IMG/VR virus record: IMGVR_UViG_3300042875_000419 | Source: a virus | Taxonomy: Duplodnaviria > Heunggongvirae > Uroviricota > Caudoviricetes | Direction: 5' to 3' (one strand) | Length of the DNA stretch: 64,000 nt | Shown: piece after piece, positions 22,581 to 32,891 of the stretch | How positions within the stretch are numbered: position 1 is the stretch's first letter | Layout of the letters: each line of letters begins with the position of its first letter | Made by a program: the position numbers and the translations under genes | Notes under the pieces: model-generated | Databases searched by the model: none | What the model was told of the DNA's origin: nothing | Seen by the model: only the letters and a program-made list of their open reading frames with translations

Positions 22581-24007
22581 TATACATCACCCTTTATTGC
22601 TTTCTCCATGTCACCAGAATTTGTATAAGTGTTCACTGATGCTCCGTAACTATCTTTTACAACTTCTAGTATAGATTCATATTTACCAAGATGGTCTATA
22701 ATATGTCTAACAGCCGTAATCATGTATTTTCCAGAATTTATCGGATCAATTTCTCCAACATAATTTCCAGATCCATCAGCACTTCTTTTGGATGGTAAAA
22801 TTATTTGAATTATCATTCCAACAGTTAAATTTGGATCGCCAGAAACGGATAATCTTATTCTCGAATAATGAGAAAGTGAAAGTTGTGCTGTTCGATTTGG
22901 CACATAATTTTCCACTCTTACATCATTTGCCACATTCCAAGGTTCATCACTGATACCTATTGACTTCTTTTGATTGGCATTTGAAGTCAATACCTTTAAA
23001 ACCGCATCATAATTTTCATTTGCGGTTTTGCCTAACCTATTTTTAAGTTGTGGTATTATTGGACTATTATTTAAATTTTTAGATTTGTTAAAATACTTTA
23101 AGTAATCAAACACCGTATCTCTATAGGTTCTTGTCAACGGATCGATAGTAATTACTCTATTAGCAAATGCACCGGTTACAGTACCATATAAACTATCAAA
23201 CGTATCTAAGAAAACGTATGATTTAATACCAACGATATCTCTGCCGAGTTCTCCTGTGTTTTGTAATTTGCCTAAATTTCTGGGAATATATGAGTACCTT
23301 GTGTATGCATTTTGTGTAAATAAACTTTGCAATGAATAAAAATTAAAACCTTCCGAATTTTCAAAGAATAAAAAATCTGCACCGTCTTTACCGACAGGTT
23401 TTGCATAACTTGCAAGCCAGTTAATAGCTTCAATTGGTTTCTTATATGGTATTACAAAATCATATAGCCCATCAGTCTCCTGCATTCTAATATATTTTTT
23501 ATCAATTTTCAATTTATTATAAAGTATGTCATAAATCATATCTGAGATTTTTTTTCCAGAATATGATTTACTTATTTTAGTTTGTTCTGAAAGTAAAAGT
23601 TCTTCTGAGCAAAAATGTAATGTGTATGTTTCTGTCGAATTATTGTTCAAGATTCTTTCAGACACTCTGTAAATTCTAAAGTATTTTTCAGTCACATATT
23701 GTTCTGATACTTTTGTGGATTTTTTAAATTTAAGTTTTAAATAATCGAATCCTGTCATGGCAAGTCTATCAATTAGACTAATAGAATCTGTGATTAAAAC
23801 ATTACCACTCATTATACCTTTAAAAATATCTTCATAAAAAGATACTTCTATGAACATGTTTTTGAGGCTTGTTTTACCGGATGATGTAATCAAATATATT
23901 TCGTCAAGACTGAACTGGTCGGCTAAAACTAAACCAGCAGTTTGCACAGTTTCCTGTGGCTTAGGAGCAATAATAGACGATCCACCAGCAACTTCAATTT
24001 TATTCAT
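22580..24007 (-). CDS. Baseplate hub-module protein (475 aa). gp27-position candidate.
   Basis: ORF between gp53 and gp5 with overlapping start/stop codons. No confident motif. Confidence 0.35.
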   Translation of the reverse strand: MNKIEVAGGSSIIAPKPQETVQTAGLVLADQFSLDEIYLITSSGKTSLKNMFIEVSFYEDIFKGIMSGNVLITDSISLIDRLAMTGFDYLKLKFKKSTKVSEQYVTEKYFRIYRVSERILNNNSTETYTLHFCSEELLLSEQTKISKSYSGKKISDMIYDILYNKLKIDKKYIRMQETDGLYDFVIPYKKPIEAINWLASYAKPVGKDGADFLFFENSEGFNFYSLQSLFTQNAYTRYSYIPRNLGKLQNTGELGRDIVGIKSYVFLDTFDSLYGTVTGAFANRVITIDPLTRTYRDTVFDYLKYFNKSKNLNNSPIIPQLKNRLGKTANENYDAVLKVLTSNANQKKSIGISDEPWNVANDVRVENYVPNRTAQLSLSHYSRIRLSVSGDPNLTVGMIIQIILPSKRSADGSGNYVGEIDPINSGKYMITAVRHIIDHLGKYESILEVVKDSYGASVNTYTNSGDMEKAIKGDV

Positions 24008-24657
24008 TATTCAACTCTCATCAGAAGTTTAAGTTGTTCTTCCATCTCACCAATGTAGACCTCATTTAACAATTTTATTTGTCTTCTAGATTCATTCAAA
24101 TCTTCTTCATAATCATATAATGTTACAATATTTTTTGTTGTTGATACAATACATTGTGTTCCGTTTGCAACTGGAGGATCCGGTATATCATATGTTACTG
24201 TAGATTCTGAAAGTGCATTATAAACACTTTGCGTTATAGATACTTTTTTTATCGTTGATATATCGGTTGTTTTATCTGTTGTTGTAACTACTTTTTCATA
24301 TTGATAAACTGTTGTGTTTACGTATTCAAATGGTGTTTTATTCTCAGCTTCAGCTTCTGTTATATATTTTGCATCAATGTATTTTAGAAACGATGCATAT
24401 GGCATTGGCCATTCCCAAATTGGATCTAAAATTTGATTTGAGAACAATACGATCCAGTATTTAAATGGATCACCATAATATTTGTCTGCAACGATTTCTG
24501 GTGTATCACCTTCTTGTATTGCATATTGATAAAAAAGCATTGGATTGTTTATCAATTCTTGAACCAGTGCGGCTCTAGTCAAAAGATTGGTCATCAATAT
24601 TGGATAACCATTTTGGTCCGGAGTAACTATTTTAGGTAATGTGTCGAAATAATACAT
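24007..24657 (-). CDS. gp53: Baseplate wedge protein gp53 (216 aa, LysM-like segment).
   Basis: PEIVADKYYGDPFKYWIVLFSNQILDPIWEWPM aligns with T4 gp53 EELANAIYGNPQLYWVLLMCNDNYDPYYGWIT. Confidence 0.65.
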   Translation of the reverse strand: MYYFDTLPKIVTPDQNGYPILMTNLLTRAALVQELINNPMLFYQYAIQEGDTPEIVADKYYGDPFKYWIVLFSNQILDPIWEWPMPYASFLKYIDAKYITEAEAENKTPFEYVNTTVYQYEKVVTTTDKTTDISTIKKVSITQSVYNALSESTVTYDIPDPPVANGTQCIVSTTKNIVTLYDYEEDLNESRRQIKLLNEVYIGEMEEQLKLLMRVE

Positions 24658-25712
24658 TAGAAACCTTCTCCAATTCTATTTTTATCAACAATGACAGTTT
24701 CTGTGAATTGAAGTGACATTCTTATTTGCACAGGTGATCCGTCATTAAATGTTGCCCATCCGTTTGGTCCATAATCTACTGATATATTTTCTAAAACACT
24801 ACGACCTATTTTGTGTACGTATGGGTTTGCTTTTCCTTTGTACAAGAACTCTATTTCAAAAGGATATGGAACATCAACAAATAAAGATTCTGCAAAACCA
24901 AAAGAACCTTTTTTGATTTCAGGTGCGGCCGCAAATTTAAAAGTCTTGATGATTTTATTTACTGTTTCTGTTTCCTCTTTACTGTAGGGTGTAAACAAGA
25001 AATCGAATTGGAAAGACCTGAAATTTACTTGTTGAAATAAAACTTGTAACTGTGGATTAAATGCTTGACCCAATGATCTTAGCGCAAGTGGTTGTAAATC
25101 TCCACGCAAACCGAGTTTTGTACCTAAACGTCTTGCGGCCTCAGCCCTTAAATATGGATCATTAGCAACATTATTTCCAAACTTTTCAACAGAATCCCCT
25201 CTATTCTTAACTAAATCTACCAACGATGTACCCGCTTGTGCGAGAAAAAATGGTCTACCCAACGTTGAGGTAAGCCCAATTTCAGTGCTGTAATTTGTCG
25301 AATATTGTACATTCACTGTGTCTGGAATATACAATGAAATTGTTGCATGTTGTATTCTTTGAACATCAGCCGCAACCAATTCATTAACTGCATCTGCGGC
25401 AACTTTTCCAGCTTGCGACACTTCTCCCCCACCAAGCAATCTGCCCACCTCAACGGCTTTCGTGGCCGATGCTGGCTGAGCATTTGGATCCGGCTTCATG
25501 CTTGTAAATCTAATTACATGGCTTCTTGTCGGATCTGTACCCAAATTTCTTGGATATCTATAAGTTCCAAATTCATACTTATTTCCATACAGCAACTGGA
25601 GAGGACCGTTGATGGTACCTGGTACTGAAATACCTGCTATTGAGGTTGGGATAGATATTGGCATGGTTTTTTTTGTTATTTTAGAAAGGTAATATACATA
25701 TTTATATGGCAT
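24657..25712 (-). CDS. Tail-tube-family baseplate protein (gp48/gp54-like, 351 aa). True start may be the internal Met at ~25664.
   Basis: Position upstream of gp53 as in T4-like gene order (48-53-5). A TATAAATA late-promoter motif lies just inside the first 17 codons. Family assignment is by position and size only. Confidence 0.4.
   Translation of the reverse strand: MPYKYVYYLSKITKKTMPISIPTSIAGISVPGTINGPLQLLYGNKYEFGTYRYPRNLGTDPTRSHVIRFTSMKPDPNAQPASATKAVEVGRLLGGGEVSQAGKVAADAVNELVAADVQRIQHATISLYIPDTVNVQYSTNYSTEIGLTSTLGRPFFLAQAGTSLVDLVKNRGDSVEKFGNNVANDPYLRAEAARRLGTKLGLRGDLQPLALRSLGQAFNPQLQVLFQQVNFRSFQFDFLFTPYSKEETETVNKIIKTFKFAAAPEIKKGSFGFAESLFVDVPYPFEIEFLYKGKANPYVHKIGRSVLENISVDYGPNGWATFNDGSPVQIRMSLQFTETVIVDKNRIGEGF
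25699..25706 (-). promoter_or_regulatory. T4-type late promoter motif TATAAATA (minus strand), about 35 nt upstream of the internal Met of the gp48-like gene.
   Basis: Plus-strand tatttata at 25699-25706. It sits in the divergent region between the minus structural operon and the plus-strand gp4-like gene. Confidence 0.3.
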
Positions 25713-26143
25713 ACAGTGGAAGATTTACACCTCGGAACCCACAAAAGTATCGTGGAGACCCAAAAAATATCATTTATCGTTCGACATGGGAGTGCCGAGT
25801 GATGAACTGGCTCGACTCGAATGATACCATTATCGAATGGGGTTCTGAGGAGTTCTCTATACCATATAAATCTCCGGTAGATAACCGTGTTCACCGTTAT
25901 TTTCCTGATTTTTACGTGAAAGTTAAGCAAAAAGATGATACAATCCGAGTGATGATTATCGAAGTAAAACCAGCAAAACAGACTAAACCACCAGAGAAAA
26001 AGAAGAAAGTCACAAAACAATACATCCAAGAGGTGGTTACTTGGGGAATCAACGAAGCAAAATGGAAATCAGCAACTGAATACTGTCTTGATCGTGGCTG
26101 GACTTTTAAAGTGTTAACAGAATATGATTTAGGATTAAAATGA
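25706..26143 (+). CDS. PD-(D/E)XK nuclease-fold protein (145 aa). gp4-like head completion protein candidate.
   Basis: Motif FPDFYVKV...IIEVKP (PD...E.K). Divergent position next to gp48/gp53 as for T4 gene 4. The gp4 assignment is from memory of annotations and is not verified. Confidence 0.4.
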   Translation: MAYSGRFTPRNPQKYRGDPKNIIYRSTWECRVMNWLDSNDTIIEWGSEEFSIPYKSPVDNRVHRYFPDFYVKVKQKDDTIRVMIIEVKPAKQTKPPEKKKKVTKQYIQEVVTWGINEAKWKSATEYCLDRGWTFKVLTEYDLGLK

Positions 26144-27285
26144 TTAGACTCCATGTATTGTCGGTTCCGCATACGGCATCGACAAAAGAGTATACGGTTT
26201 GTGCGTTTACTCAAAAAGTGATTAACTTCTGTAAAATGTACAAAGACATGGGAATGCATGTCATTCATTATGGTCGTGAAGATTCTGACGTTATCTGTGA
26301 TGAACATGTCACTGTCACAACACGTGCATTGAACGAGAAGGTTTATGGTATATATGACTGGAAGAATCAAGGACTGAAATACAATCAGGAAGATGAAGTT
26401 TTTAAAACATTCAATGAAAACTGTATCAAAGAGATTGGAAAACGTAAACAACCACACGACATTATCCTTTGTTTTTTTGGTATAGCACAGAAACCAGTTT
26501 GTGATGCACATGCAGAATTGCTCTGCGTTGAACCTTCTATCGGTTATCCGTCCTCATTTGCACCATACAAAGTATATGAATCGTATGCAGTGATGCACGG
26601 TCTTCAAGGTCCAGACAAAGTTGCAACCGCTGAATATAAGTTCTATGATGTTGTCATCCCATCTGGTTTTGACCTGAGTGAATTCGAATACACTGAAAAG
26701 AAAGAAGATTATTTTCTGATGTGTGGTCGTATGGTATGGTCAAAAGGTGTTGATATTGCGGCTCAAGTGTGTGAACAACTTGGCGTTAAGTTGGTGCTGG
26801 CTGGAACAAGCTATGGACCGCAAGATTGTAATCTTGGTGATACATGGCCTGCTCACGTTGAATATGTTGGTTATGCTGATGTTGAAACCCGTAAACGTCT
26901 AATGGCTGGAGCTAAAGGATTGTTTTGCCCCACAATCTATAACGAGCCTTTTGGTTATGTAGCAATCGAGGCGATGCTCTCTGGAACACCTGTCATCACG
27001 GTTGATTGGGGTGCATTTACAGAGACTGTACAGCACGGAGTTACTGGTTTCCGTTGCCGCACATTTGAACAATTTGTATGGGCGGCTAAGAATATTGATA
27101 CAATTTCACCACAAGCGTGTCGGGAATGGGCTGAGAAGAACTACAACTTTCGTAAAATTGGCTCAATGTATAAGGAATATTTTGAGTCTATTATTGATGT
27201 TTCCAAAGGTACGGGCTGGTACACAAGGAACGATAGTCGCACAGAGTTGGATTGGCTCACAAAAATACATCCAAGGCTAAACTAA
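26140..27285 (+). CDS. GT-B fold glycosyltransferase (GT4-like, 381 aa).
   Basis: C-terminal EPFGYVAIEAMLSGTPVITVDWGAFTETV is the E-x7-E motif region of retaining GT4 glycosyltransferases. Confidence 0.6.
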   Translation: MIRLHVLSVPHTASTKEYTVCAFTQKVINFCKMYKDMGMHVIHYGREDSDVICDEHVTVTTRALNEKVYGIYDWKNQGLKYNQEDEVFKTFNENCIKEIGKRKQPHDIILCFFGIAQKPVCDAHAELLCVEPSIGYPSSFAPYKVYESYAVMHGLQGPDKVATAEYKFYDVVIPSGFDLSEFEYTEKKEDYFLMCGRMVWSKGVDIAAQVCEQLGVKLVLAGTSYGPQDCNLGDTWPAHVEYVGYADVETRKRLMAGAKGLFCPTIYNEPFGYVAIEAMLSGTPVITVDWGAFTETVQHGVTGFRCRTFEQFVWAAKNIDTISPQACREWAEKNYNFRKIGSMYKEYFESIIDVSKGTGWYTRNDSRTELDWLTKIHPRLN

Positions 27286-27292
27286 ATAGTGG

Positions 27293-27895
27293 ATGGCTTC
27301 AACACTTACACAACTTACTCAACAAAAAACGGCTCTGGAACAAGAATTCTTGTCTAGAAAATCTGTCACGTGGTTACAAAACCAGATGCGTGACCTAAAA
27401 TCTCCAATCAAATTGGCGAGAGAAATAGAAAAAGAAAAAGGTAGGCAAGGTGGCCGATTTCAGATAGGTGGGCTTTATCACTTTTTCTACGATCCATTAA
27501 CTAAGGGTGATTTACCCTACTACGACATATTTCCTTTGGTGATACCACTTAAACGTGATGCTGAAGGATTCATAGGTCTAAACATGCATTATTTACCTCC
27601 AAGGTATCGTGCTGTGTTCATGGACAAACTCATGAATTTTGCTATTACAAATGAAAATGATGAACCTAAACGCCTTCGTATAACCTATGATATTCTAACT
27701 GCATCGAAGAATTTCAAAGAGTTTAGGCCTTGTTTGAAGCGTTACCTGAATAGTCAAATTAAATCTAAAATTCTGACGATTCAACCACCAGAGTGGGAGA
27801 CAGCACTATTTCTTCCCACAGCCGTTTTCAAGGGCGCACCGATTTCTAAAGTATATGCTGAATCGGTAGCCAAAGCACAAAGTAGGGTATACTAA
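27293..27895 (+). CDS. Hypothetical virion-associated protein (200 aa).
   Basis: ORF with overlapping junction to the next gene. No motif recognised. Confidence 0.4.
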   Translation: MASTLTQLTQQKTALEQEFLSRKSVTWLQNQMRDLKSPIKLAREIEKEKGRQGGRFQIGGLYHFFYDPLTKGDLPYYDIFPLVIPLKRDAEGFIGLNMHYLPPRYRAVFMDKLMNFAITNENDEPKRLRITYDILTASKNFKEFRPCLKRYLNSQIKSKILTIQPPEWETALFLPTAVFKGAPISKVYAESVAKAQSRVY

Positions 27896-28563
27896 TGGCA
27901 GGATCAATCGCAGAATTCAAAGCAAGTTTTAATACAGACTTAGCACGACCAAGTAGGTTTGACGTAAACGTTCCAATTCCAATTGGTCTTCTACCATACA
28001 GAGGAATTGGAAGAACACTGAATATGCGTTGTGAAAACGCAGAACTTCCTGGTCGTTCAATCTCAACAACAACGATGAAAATTTACGGTGTTGAAGAAAA
28101 GTTTCCATATCAAACAACATACAATGATACGAGTCTCACATTCATTGTCGGTGATGATATGGCGGAAAAGAAATTCTTTGATGCATGGTTGAACTGGATC
28201 AATCCAACAATCAACTACAACCTAAAGTACAAAGCGGATTATGCTGTTCCACTCACAGTGAATCAATATGATGTTAAGAATCAACTGTCATATTCTATTA
28301 CAATGTTGGACACATTTCCGATTGCAGTAAATCAGATGGATTTAGATTGGTCGTCAGATGGACACCACAAACTTACTGTAACATTCGCATACACAAGTTG
28401 GAGAAATAATTCTCTTGAAGCACTTGGAATGGAATTGCTGGAAACCACTATTGCGAATTCATTGTTTGCTTCACAGATACAAACAGAGTCTTTACTAGGT
28501 AGAGACTTAGTTCAACAGCCGTTTGAAACACGACAACAATTTGAAGATAGACTTACACCTTAA
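27895..28563 (+). CDS. Tail tube family protein (gp19/gp54-like fold, 222 aa).
   Basis: N-terminal FNTDLARPSRFDVNVPI ... resembles the gp19-family start (FESGDFARPNLFQVEISY) shared by T4 tail tube proteins gp19, gp48 and gp54. Confidence 0.5.
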   Translation: MAGSIAEFKASFNTDLARPSRFDVNVPIPIGLLPYRGIGRTLNMRCENAELPGRSISTTTMKIYGVEEKFPYQTTYNDTSLTFIVGDDMAEKKFFDAWLNWINPTINYNLKYKADYAVPLTVNQYDVKNQLSYSITMLDTFPIAVNQMDLDWSSDGHHKLTVTFAYTSWRNNSLEALGMELLETTIANSLFASQIQTESLLGRDLVQQPFETRQQFEDRLTP

Positions 28564-28579
28564 AATGGAGATATAAATT

Positions 28580-29305
28580 ATGGCTTTACCAAAAATCGAC
28601 ACACCGATTTATGACTTGGAGTTACCATTATCAAAAAAGAAGATTCGCTTTCGTCCTTTCCTTGTGAAAGAGCAAAAGAATCTTCTCATGGCAATGGAAT
28701 CTGGAGAAAGGGAATCAATTGAACAAAATGTAAAACAGGTTCTAAATAACTGCACAGTTACAGAGGGTATTGATATCGAGAAACTTCCTGTTATCGATAT
28801 TGAATTTTACTTTTTGCAACTCCGTGCGAGGTCTGTCGGTGAAGTTGTCGAAAACAAATACCGTTGTGATAACACAGTTGATGAAAAAGTTTGCGGTAAC
28901 ATCATGGAAACTTCACTGAACTTACTGGACATTAAAGTCTCAGGTGTAGTGGAGGGTAATGATGTTATACAACTCAATGAAACAATTTCGATTAAACTAA
29001 AATATCCAGAGTTTTCCATATTGAGTAAATTATCCAATTTAACAAGTGTTTCTGATATTGCATTTGAAATGATTGCTGAATCTGTAGAATACATCTATGA
29101 TGGTGAACAGTTTTATTATGCAAAAGAAGTTGAGTCGAAGGAGATTGTTGAATTCATTGAATCTCTCAATCAACAACAATTCTCCAAAATTGAGGACTTC
29201 TTTGCAAATCTTCCAAAGATAGAAAAGAAAATTGAAATGAAGTGTTCACGTTGCGGCTTCGAACACACTCTTGACGTTGAAGGACTGGAAAGTTTTTTCG
29301 GTTAA
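28580..29305 (+). CDS. Zn-ribbon-containing baseplate hub-module protein (241 aa; gp26/gp51-position).
   Basis: Four Cys in a C-x-N ... C ... CSRC arrangement. Located in the plus-strand hub/tail-tube cluster. Confidence 0.3.
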   Translation: MALPKIDTPIYDLELPLSKKKIRFRPFLVKEQKNLLMAMESGERESIEQNVKQVLNNCTVTEGIDIEKLPVIDIEFYFLQLRARSVGEVVENKYRCDNTVDEKVCGNIMETSLNLLDIKVSGVVEGNDVIQLNETISIKLKYPEFSILSKLSNLTSVSDIAFEMIAESVEYIYDGEQFYYAKEVESKEIVEFIESLNQQQFSKIEDFFANLPKIEKKIEMKCSRCGFEHTLDVEGLESFFG

Positions 29306-29495
29306 CATTTGGTCATGATAATTTGAGAAATTATTACAAAACTAATTTCTCTTTGATGCAACACCATAAGTACAGTCTTACGGAACTTGAGAATATGATA
29401 CCGTGGGAACGTGATGTATATGTTGGTATGCTTATACAATATATTGAGGAAGAAAATCAGAAGATTAAACAAAAGATAAACGAGAGCAAAATTAG

Positions 29496-31370
29496 ATGAA
29501 CTACTACGATGCCGCCAGAATAAGAAAAAAAGGCTTCGCTAATTTAATGACAGATAGACTGGCATCAGGCCAGGGTATTGTCTCATCTCTCCGTGGAACT
29601 ATGTCAGATAGGTCAATGGCCAAATCCATGGCCATGAAAGAGAGATTTGATCCGATGAATATCGCCAAGTTCCTCACTGGTGGTAGCAAACTTGCACCAG
29701 CAATCGTTGGTCGCCTCATGGGTAGAAGTAAACAAGACATTCGATACTTCACCGGCAAGAAACAATATGAAACTGGAAGTCATCGCCCAAACTACTATGA
29801 GAAGTTCAATTCAGGTATGGGTGGTGGTCGATCTGGAAAGGCCACCGAAATATTAGAAAAAATTGTGTCCTTTATGCAAGATTCCAGGGAAAAGGACTTA
29901 GAGGAACAAGATACATTCGATTCATATAATGAAATGAATGAATACATGAAAGAAGATAATCACAAAGAAGTGATGAATGTATTCAGGGATGCAATAAAAA
30001 AACAACGTAAAGCCATGAAAGACATGGCTAAAGAAGCCAAGAAACGACAGGTTCAAGAAAAGGCTGAAACAACCCCATCGACTCCTTCCACACCCACACA
30101 AACAGCACCAAAACCACCTGCACAAACATCACCGCCGGCACAAACAGCACCAAAACCAGTCACACAGGCCAAAGATGCGGCCGATGCCGCCAAGAAAGCC
30201 AAAGATGCCAAAGATGCGGCCGATGCCGCCAAGAAAGCCAAAGATGCCAAAGATGCCGCTGATGCCGCCAGTGCGGCCAAGAAGGCTAAGGATGCCGCTG
30301 ATGCCGCCAGTGCGGCCAAGAAGGCTAAGGATGCCGCTGATGCCGCCAGTGCGGCCAAGAAAGCCAAAGATGCGGCTGATGCGGCCAAGAAAGCCAAAGA
30401 TGCGGCTGATGCTAAACGAATTAAGGATGCGGCTGATGCTAAAAAAGCCGCAGATACGGCAAAAAAACAAGAACCCATACCAACCACACAACCATCGGCT
30501 TCAAAAGTAATTACTGGTGCGGCCGCCGTGACAGCCGTTCTCGCTGGAAAAGAAGCCTTGGCTACCAATATTGCCAAATATGAAAGCACCGCTTCTGCTG
30601 GAAAATCTTTTGCTGGTAATGAATATAATGCCTACAATAGAGGTACAAAAGATAATAAAATTCTTGGAGCAATTGCACCTGTTGATTTTAGTAAAATTAC
30701 AATTTCGGAATATCTTAGAAGATCAGAATTACCAATCGATGACCCAGACCGTTTATTTGCAGTGGGCAGGTATCAAATTATACCTAAAACTATGCGAGGT
30801 CTCATAGAACAATTAAAGATAGATCCAAATACCACTTACTTAACACCTACTGTGCAAGATCATTTGTTTTCTAAAGGATTAATTGATATAAATCGTAAAA
30901 AAGTATCAAATTACATAGAAGGTAAAACTAATGGAATAGATGCAAGAAATGAGGCAATTTTACAACTTTCAAAAGAGTTTGCTTCAGTTGGTGTGCCCTT
31001 TGATACATATAGAATAGATAAGATTAAACAAAAAGACGGATCAATAAAAGAGGTGAGGGTTGAATTAAAAAAGGGTTCATCGTATTATTCTGGTATTGGT
31101 GGTAATAAAGCACACAATTCTCCTGAAGAAGTTGGTGTGGCTCTAGATGCCGACCGAGCATCAAAAGCAAAATTACAAACAAATGATACTACTGTTGGAT
31201 CTTCATTAAATGATTCTTCTATGAAAAATGCCAACATGAAAAAAGATATGTCACAAGGTTCAGCAAGTGGTTCTCCAGTGATTATTCAAAACAACACTAC
31301 AAATAAACAAAAAACTATACAATCACCTTCAGCACCATTGGGTGAATTAAATCCGAGAATAGGAAACTAA
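29496..31370 (+). CDS. Tape-measure/hub-like protein (624 aa) with a central Ala/Lys/Asp-rich repeat region. Paralog of the next gene.
   Basis: N-terminal ~130 aa shared with 31372..32844 (DPMNIAKFLTGGSKLAPAIVGRLMGR vs DPMNIAKFMTGGSRLAPAILGRLTGR). Central KDAADAAKKAKDA repeats. Confidence 0.45.
   Translation: MNYYDAARIRKKGFANLMTDRLASGQGIVSSLRGTMSDRSMAKSMAMKERFDPMNIAKFLTGGSKLAPAIVGRLMGRSKQDIRYFTGKKQYETGSHRPNYYEKFNSGMGGGRSGKATEILEKIVSFMQDSREKDLEEQDTFDSYNEMNEYMKEDNHKEVMNVFRDAIKKQRKAMKDMAKEAKKRQVQEKAETTPSTPSTPTQTAPKPPAQTSPPAQTAPKPVTQAKDAADAAKKAKDAKDAADAAKKAKDAKDAADAASAAKKAKDAADAASAAKKAKDAADAASAAKKAKDAADAAKKAKDAADAKRIKDAADAKKAADTAKKQEPIPTTQPSASKVITGAAAVTAVLAGKEALATNIAKYESTASAGKSFAGNEYNAYNRGTKDNKILGAIAPVDFSKITISEYLRRSELPIDDPDRLFAVGRYQIIPKTMRGLIEQLKIDPNTTYLTPTVQDHLFSKGLIDINRKKVSNYIEGKTNGIDARNEAILQLSKEFASVGVPFDTYRIDKIKQKDGSIKEVRVELKKGSSYYSGIGGNKAHNSPEEVGVALDADRASKAKLQTNDTTVGSSLNDSSMKNANMKKDMSQGSASGSPVIIQNNTTNKQKTIQSPSAPLGELNPRIGN
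30166..30450 (+). repeat. Low-complexity in-frame tandem repeats encoding (A)KDAADAA(S)AAKK units.
   Basis: Repeated gccaaagatgccgctgatgccgcc-type units in the DNA. Confidence 0.7.
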
Positions 31371-31371
31371 A

Positions 31372-32844
31372 ATGGATTACAGAGTAGCAAGCAACATTAG
31401 AAGTAAATCTCTTTCATCTATGATGACTGATAATATAACATCAGGTAAAGGCATTGGCTCCTCACTCTCTGGTGCAATATCATCAAAGTTCAAGGCAAGC
31501 GCAACTGGTATCAAAGAGAAATTTGATCCAATGAATATTGCAAAGTTTATGACAGGTGGTAGTAGACTTGCACCTGCAATTCTCGGTAGACTTACAGGAC
31601 GTAAACAGTCTGATATTAATTACTTTGCTGGTGATAAGAACAAGAGGTCTGGTTATACACAAATGCCATCATCAATGTCCACACCGGGTGGAGGGCTAGG
31701 CGGTTCTGCTGTTGAAGTATTGAACAGAATGTTAGCCTTTATGCAGAGTTCCCGTGAAGATGATATGAAAAGAAAAGATACCGCCAAACAATTTACCGAA
31801 GAACAAAAAGTTGAAGAACAACGCAGACACAATGAGTTCTTAAAAGTATTAAAAGAATATACTTCTTTGGGTAGTACAACAACATTGGTTAGCAAAAAAG
31901 AAGAAGAAGATGGTGGAGGTTTATTTGATTTATTTAAAAATTCAAAAAAACTATTATCTCTTGCGAAACTTTTAGTGCCGTTTTTAATTAATCCACTTAC
32001 TCTTACTATAGGTGCAGTTTTAGCCGCAGCATACGGATTACAAAAAATAGCTGATTTTATGCCAAATACTAAGGTACTTACACCAGAAAGGGCTCAGGCA
32101 GCATTGATGGGTTCCGAGTATGACATTAAAGGTATGGGTGGATATGATTTTCTCGCTAAAAGAATAACAGAAGGTCCAGACGAGGCACAAAAAGCATTAG
32201 ATGATTTTGCAGAAGGTAAAATCTCATTCAAAGAATTACAAAATCTTGGCGGAGAAACTACACTTAAAGAAATTGCCTCACAAAAAGGTCTTAAAGTTCC
32301 ACTACGAACAGAAACACAGTTACCTTCTGTTCCACCTAGACCCGACACAACAGGAGGAAAAAATCAAGACAGAGCTAGAAATTGGGATAGAGAGTTCGGT
32401 AAAACTCATAATCCAGATGGTACACCAAAAGTCACAACAACGGCTAAGCCTTTACTCTCTGGTGTAGAAGAATCTACCGCCGAAGCCGGCCGGGGCACTG
32501 CTGCTTTAGATGATTACAGAGCAAGGCAATTAGAACAGGAAACTGGAGGCAAAGCGGCTTTTGGTGTGAAACCTATGGGTATAAAGAGTATACCAATACC
32601 TGAAACTGTAACACCGGTTCCAGCAGCACCTGTTTCAAATAGAATGAATGAAGCGGTAGATGAAAATCAAAATTTGAATTTGCAAAGTTACGATTCTGGT
32701 TCATCTGGCTCTGCTGCACCTGTTATTTCATCATCATCGAGTTCAGTTGATTTACCTGACAGGCCTATTCCTGCTACCGCAACAGTGAGAGATACGACAC
32801 CGATACTTGCACATGTGATGCAGGGTTATATGTCGCCAGTATAA
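31372..32844 (+). CDS. Tape-measure/hub-like protein paralog (490 aa).
   Basis: Shares an N-terminal domain with 29496..31370. The two genes abut directly (TAAAATG). Confidence 0.45.
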   Translation: MDYRVASNIRSKSLSSMMTDNITSGKGIGSSLSGAISSKFKASATGIKEKFDPMNIAKFMTGGSRLAPAILGRLTGRKQSDINYFAGDKNKRSGYTQMPSSMSTPGGGLGGSAVEVLNRMLAFMQSSREDDMKRKDTAKQFTEEQKVEEQRRHNEFLKVLKEYTSLGSTTTLVSKKEEEDGGGLFDLFKNSKKLLSLAKLLVPFLINPLTLTIGAVLAAAYGLQKIADFMPNTKVLTPERAQAALMGSEYDIKGMGGYDFLAKRITEGPDEAQKALDDFAEGKISFKELQNLGGETTLKEIASQKGLKVPLRTETQLPSVPPRPDTTGGKNQDRARNWDREFGKTHNPDGTPKVTTTAKPLLSGVEESTAEAGRGTAALDDYRARQLEQETGGKAAFGVKPMGIKSIPIPETVTPVPAAPVSNRMNEAVDENQNLNLQSYDSGSSGSAAPVISSSSSSVDLPDRPIPATATVRDTTPILAHVMQGYMSPV

Positions 32845-32867
32845 AAAAAGCCCGCACACGGCGGGCT
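32843..32867 (-). terminator. Rho-independent terminator between convergent genes. Hairpin agcccgc-acacg-gcgggct with a T-run on the minus strand (A-run on plus).
   Basis: aaaaaaagcccgcacacggcgggcttc sits between the plus gene ending at 32844 and gp32 ending at 32892. Confidence 0.7.
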
Positions 32868-32891
32868 TCAAACCTATCGAATTCGATAGGT

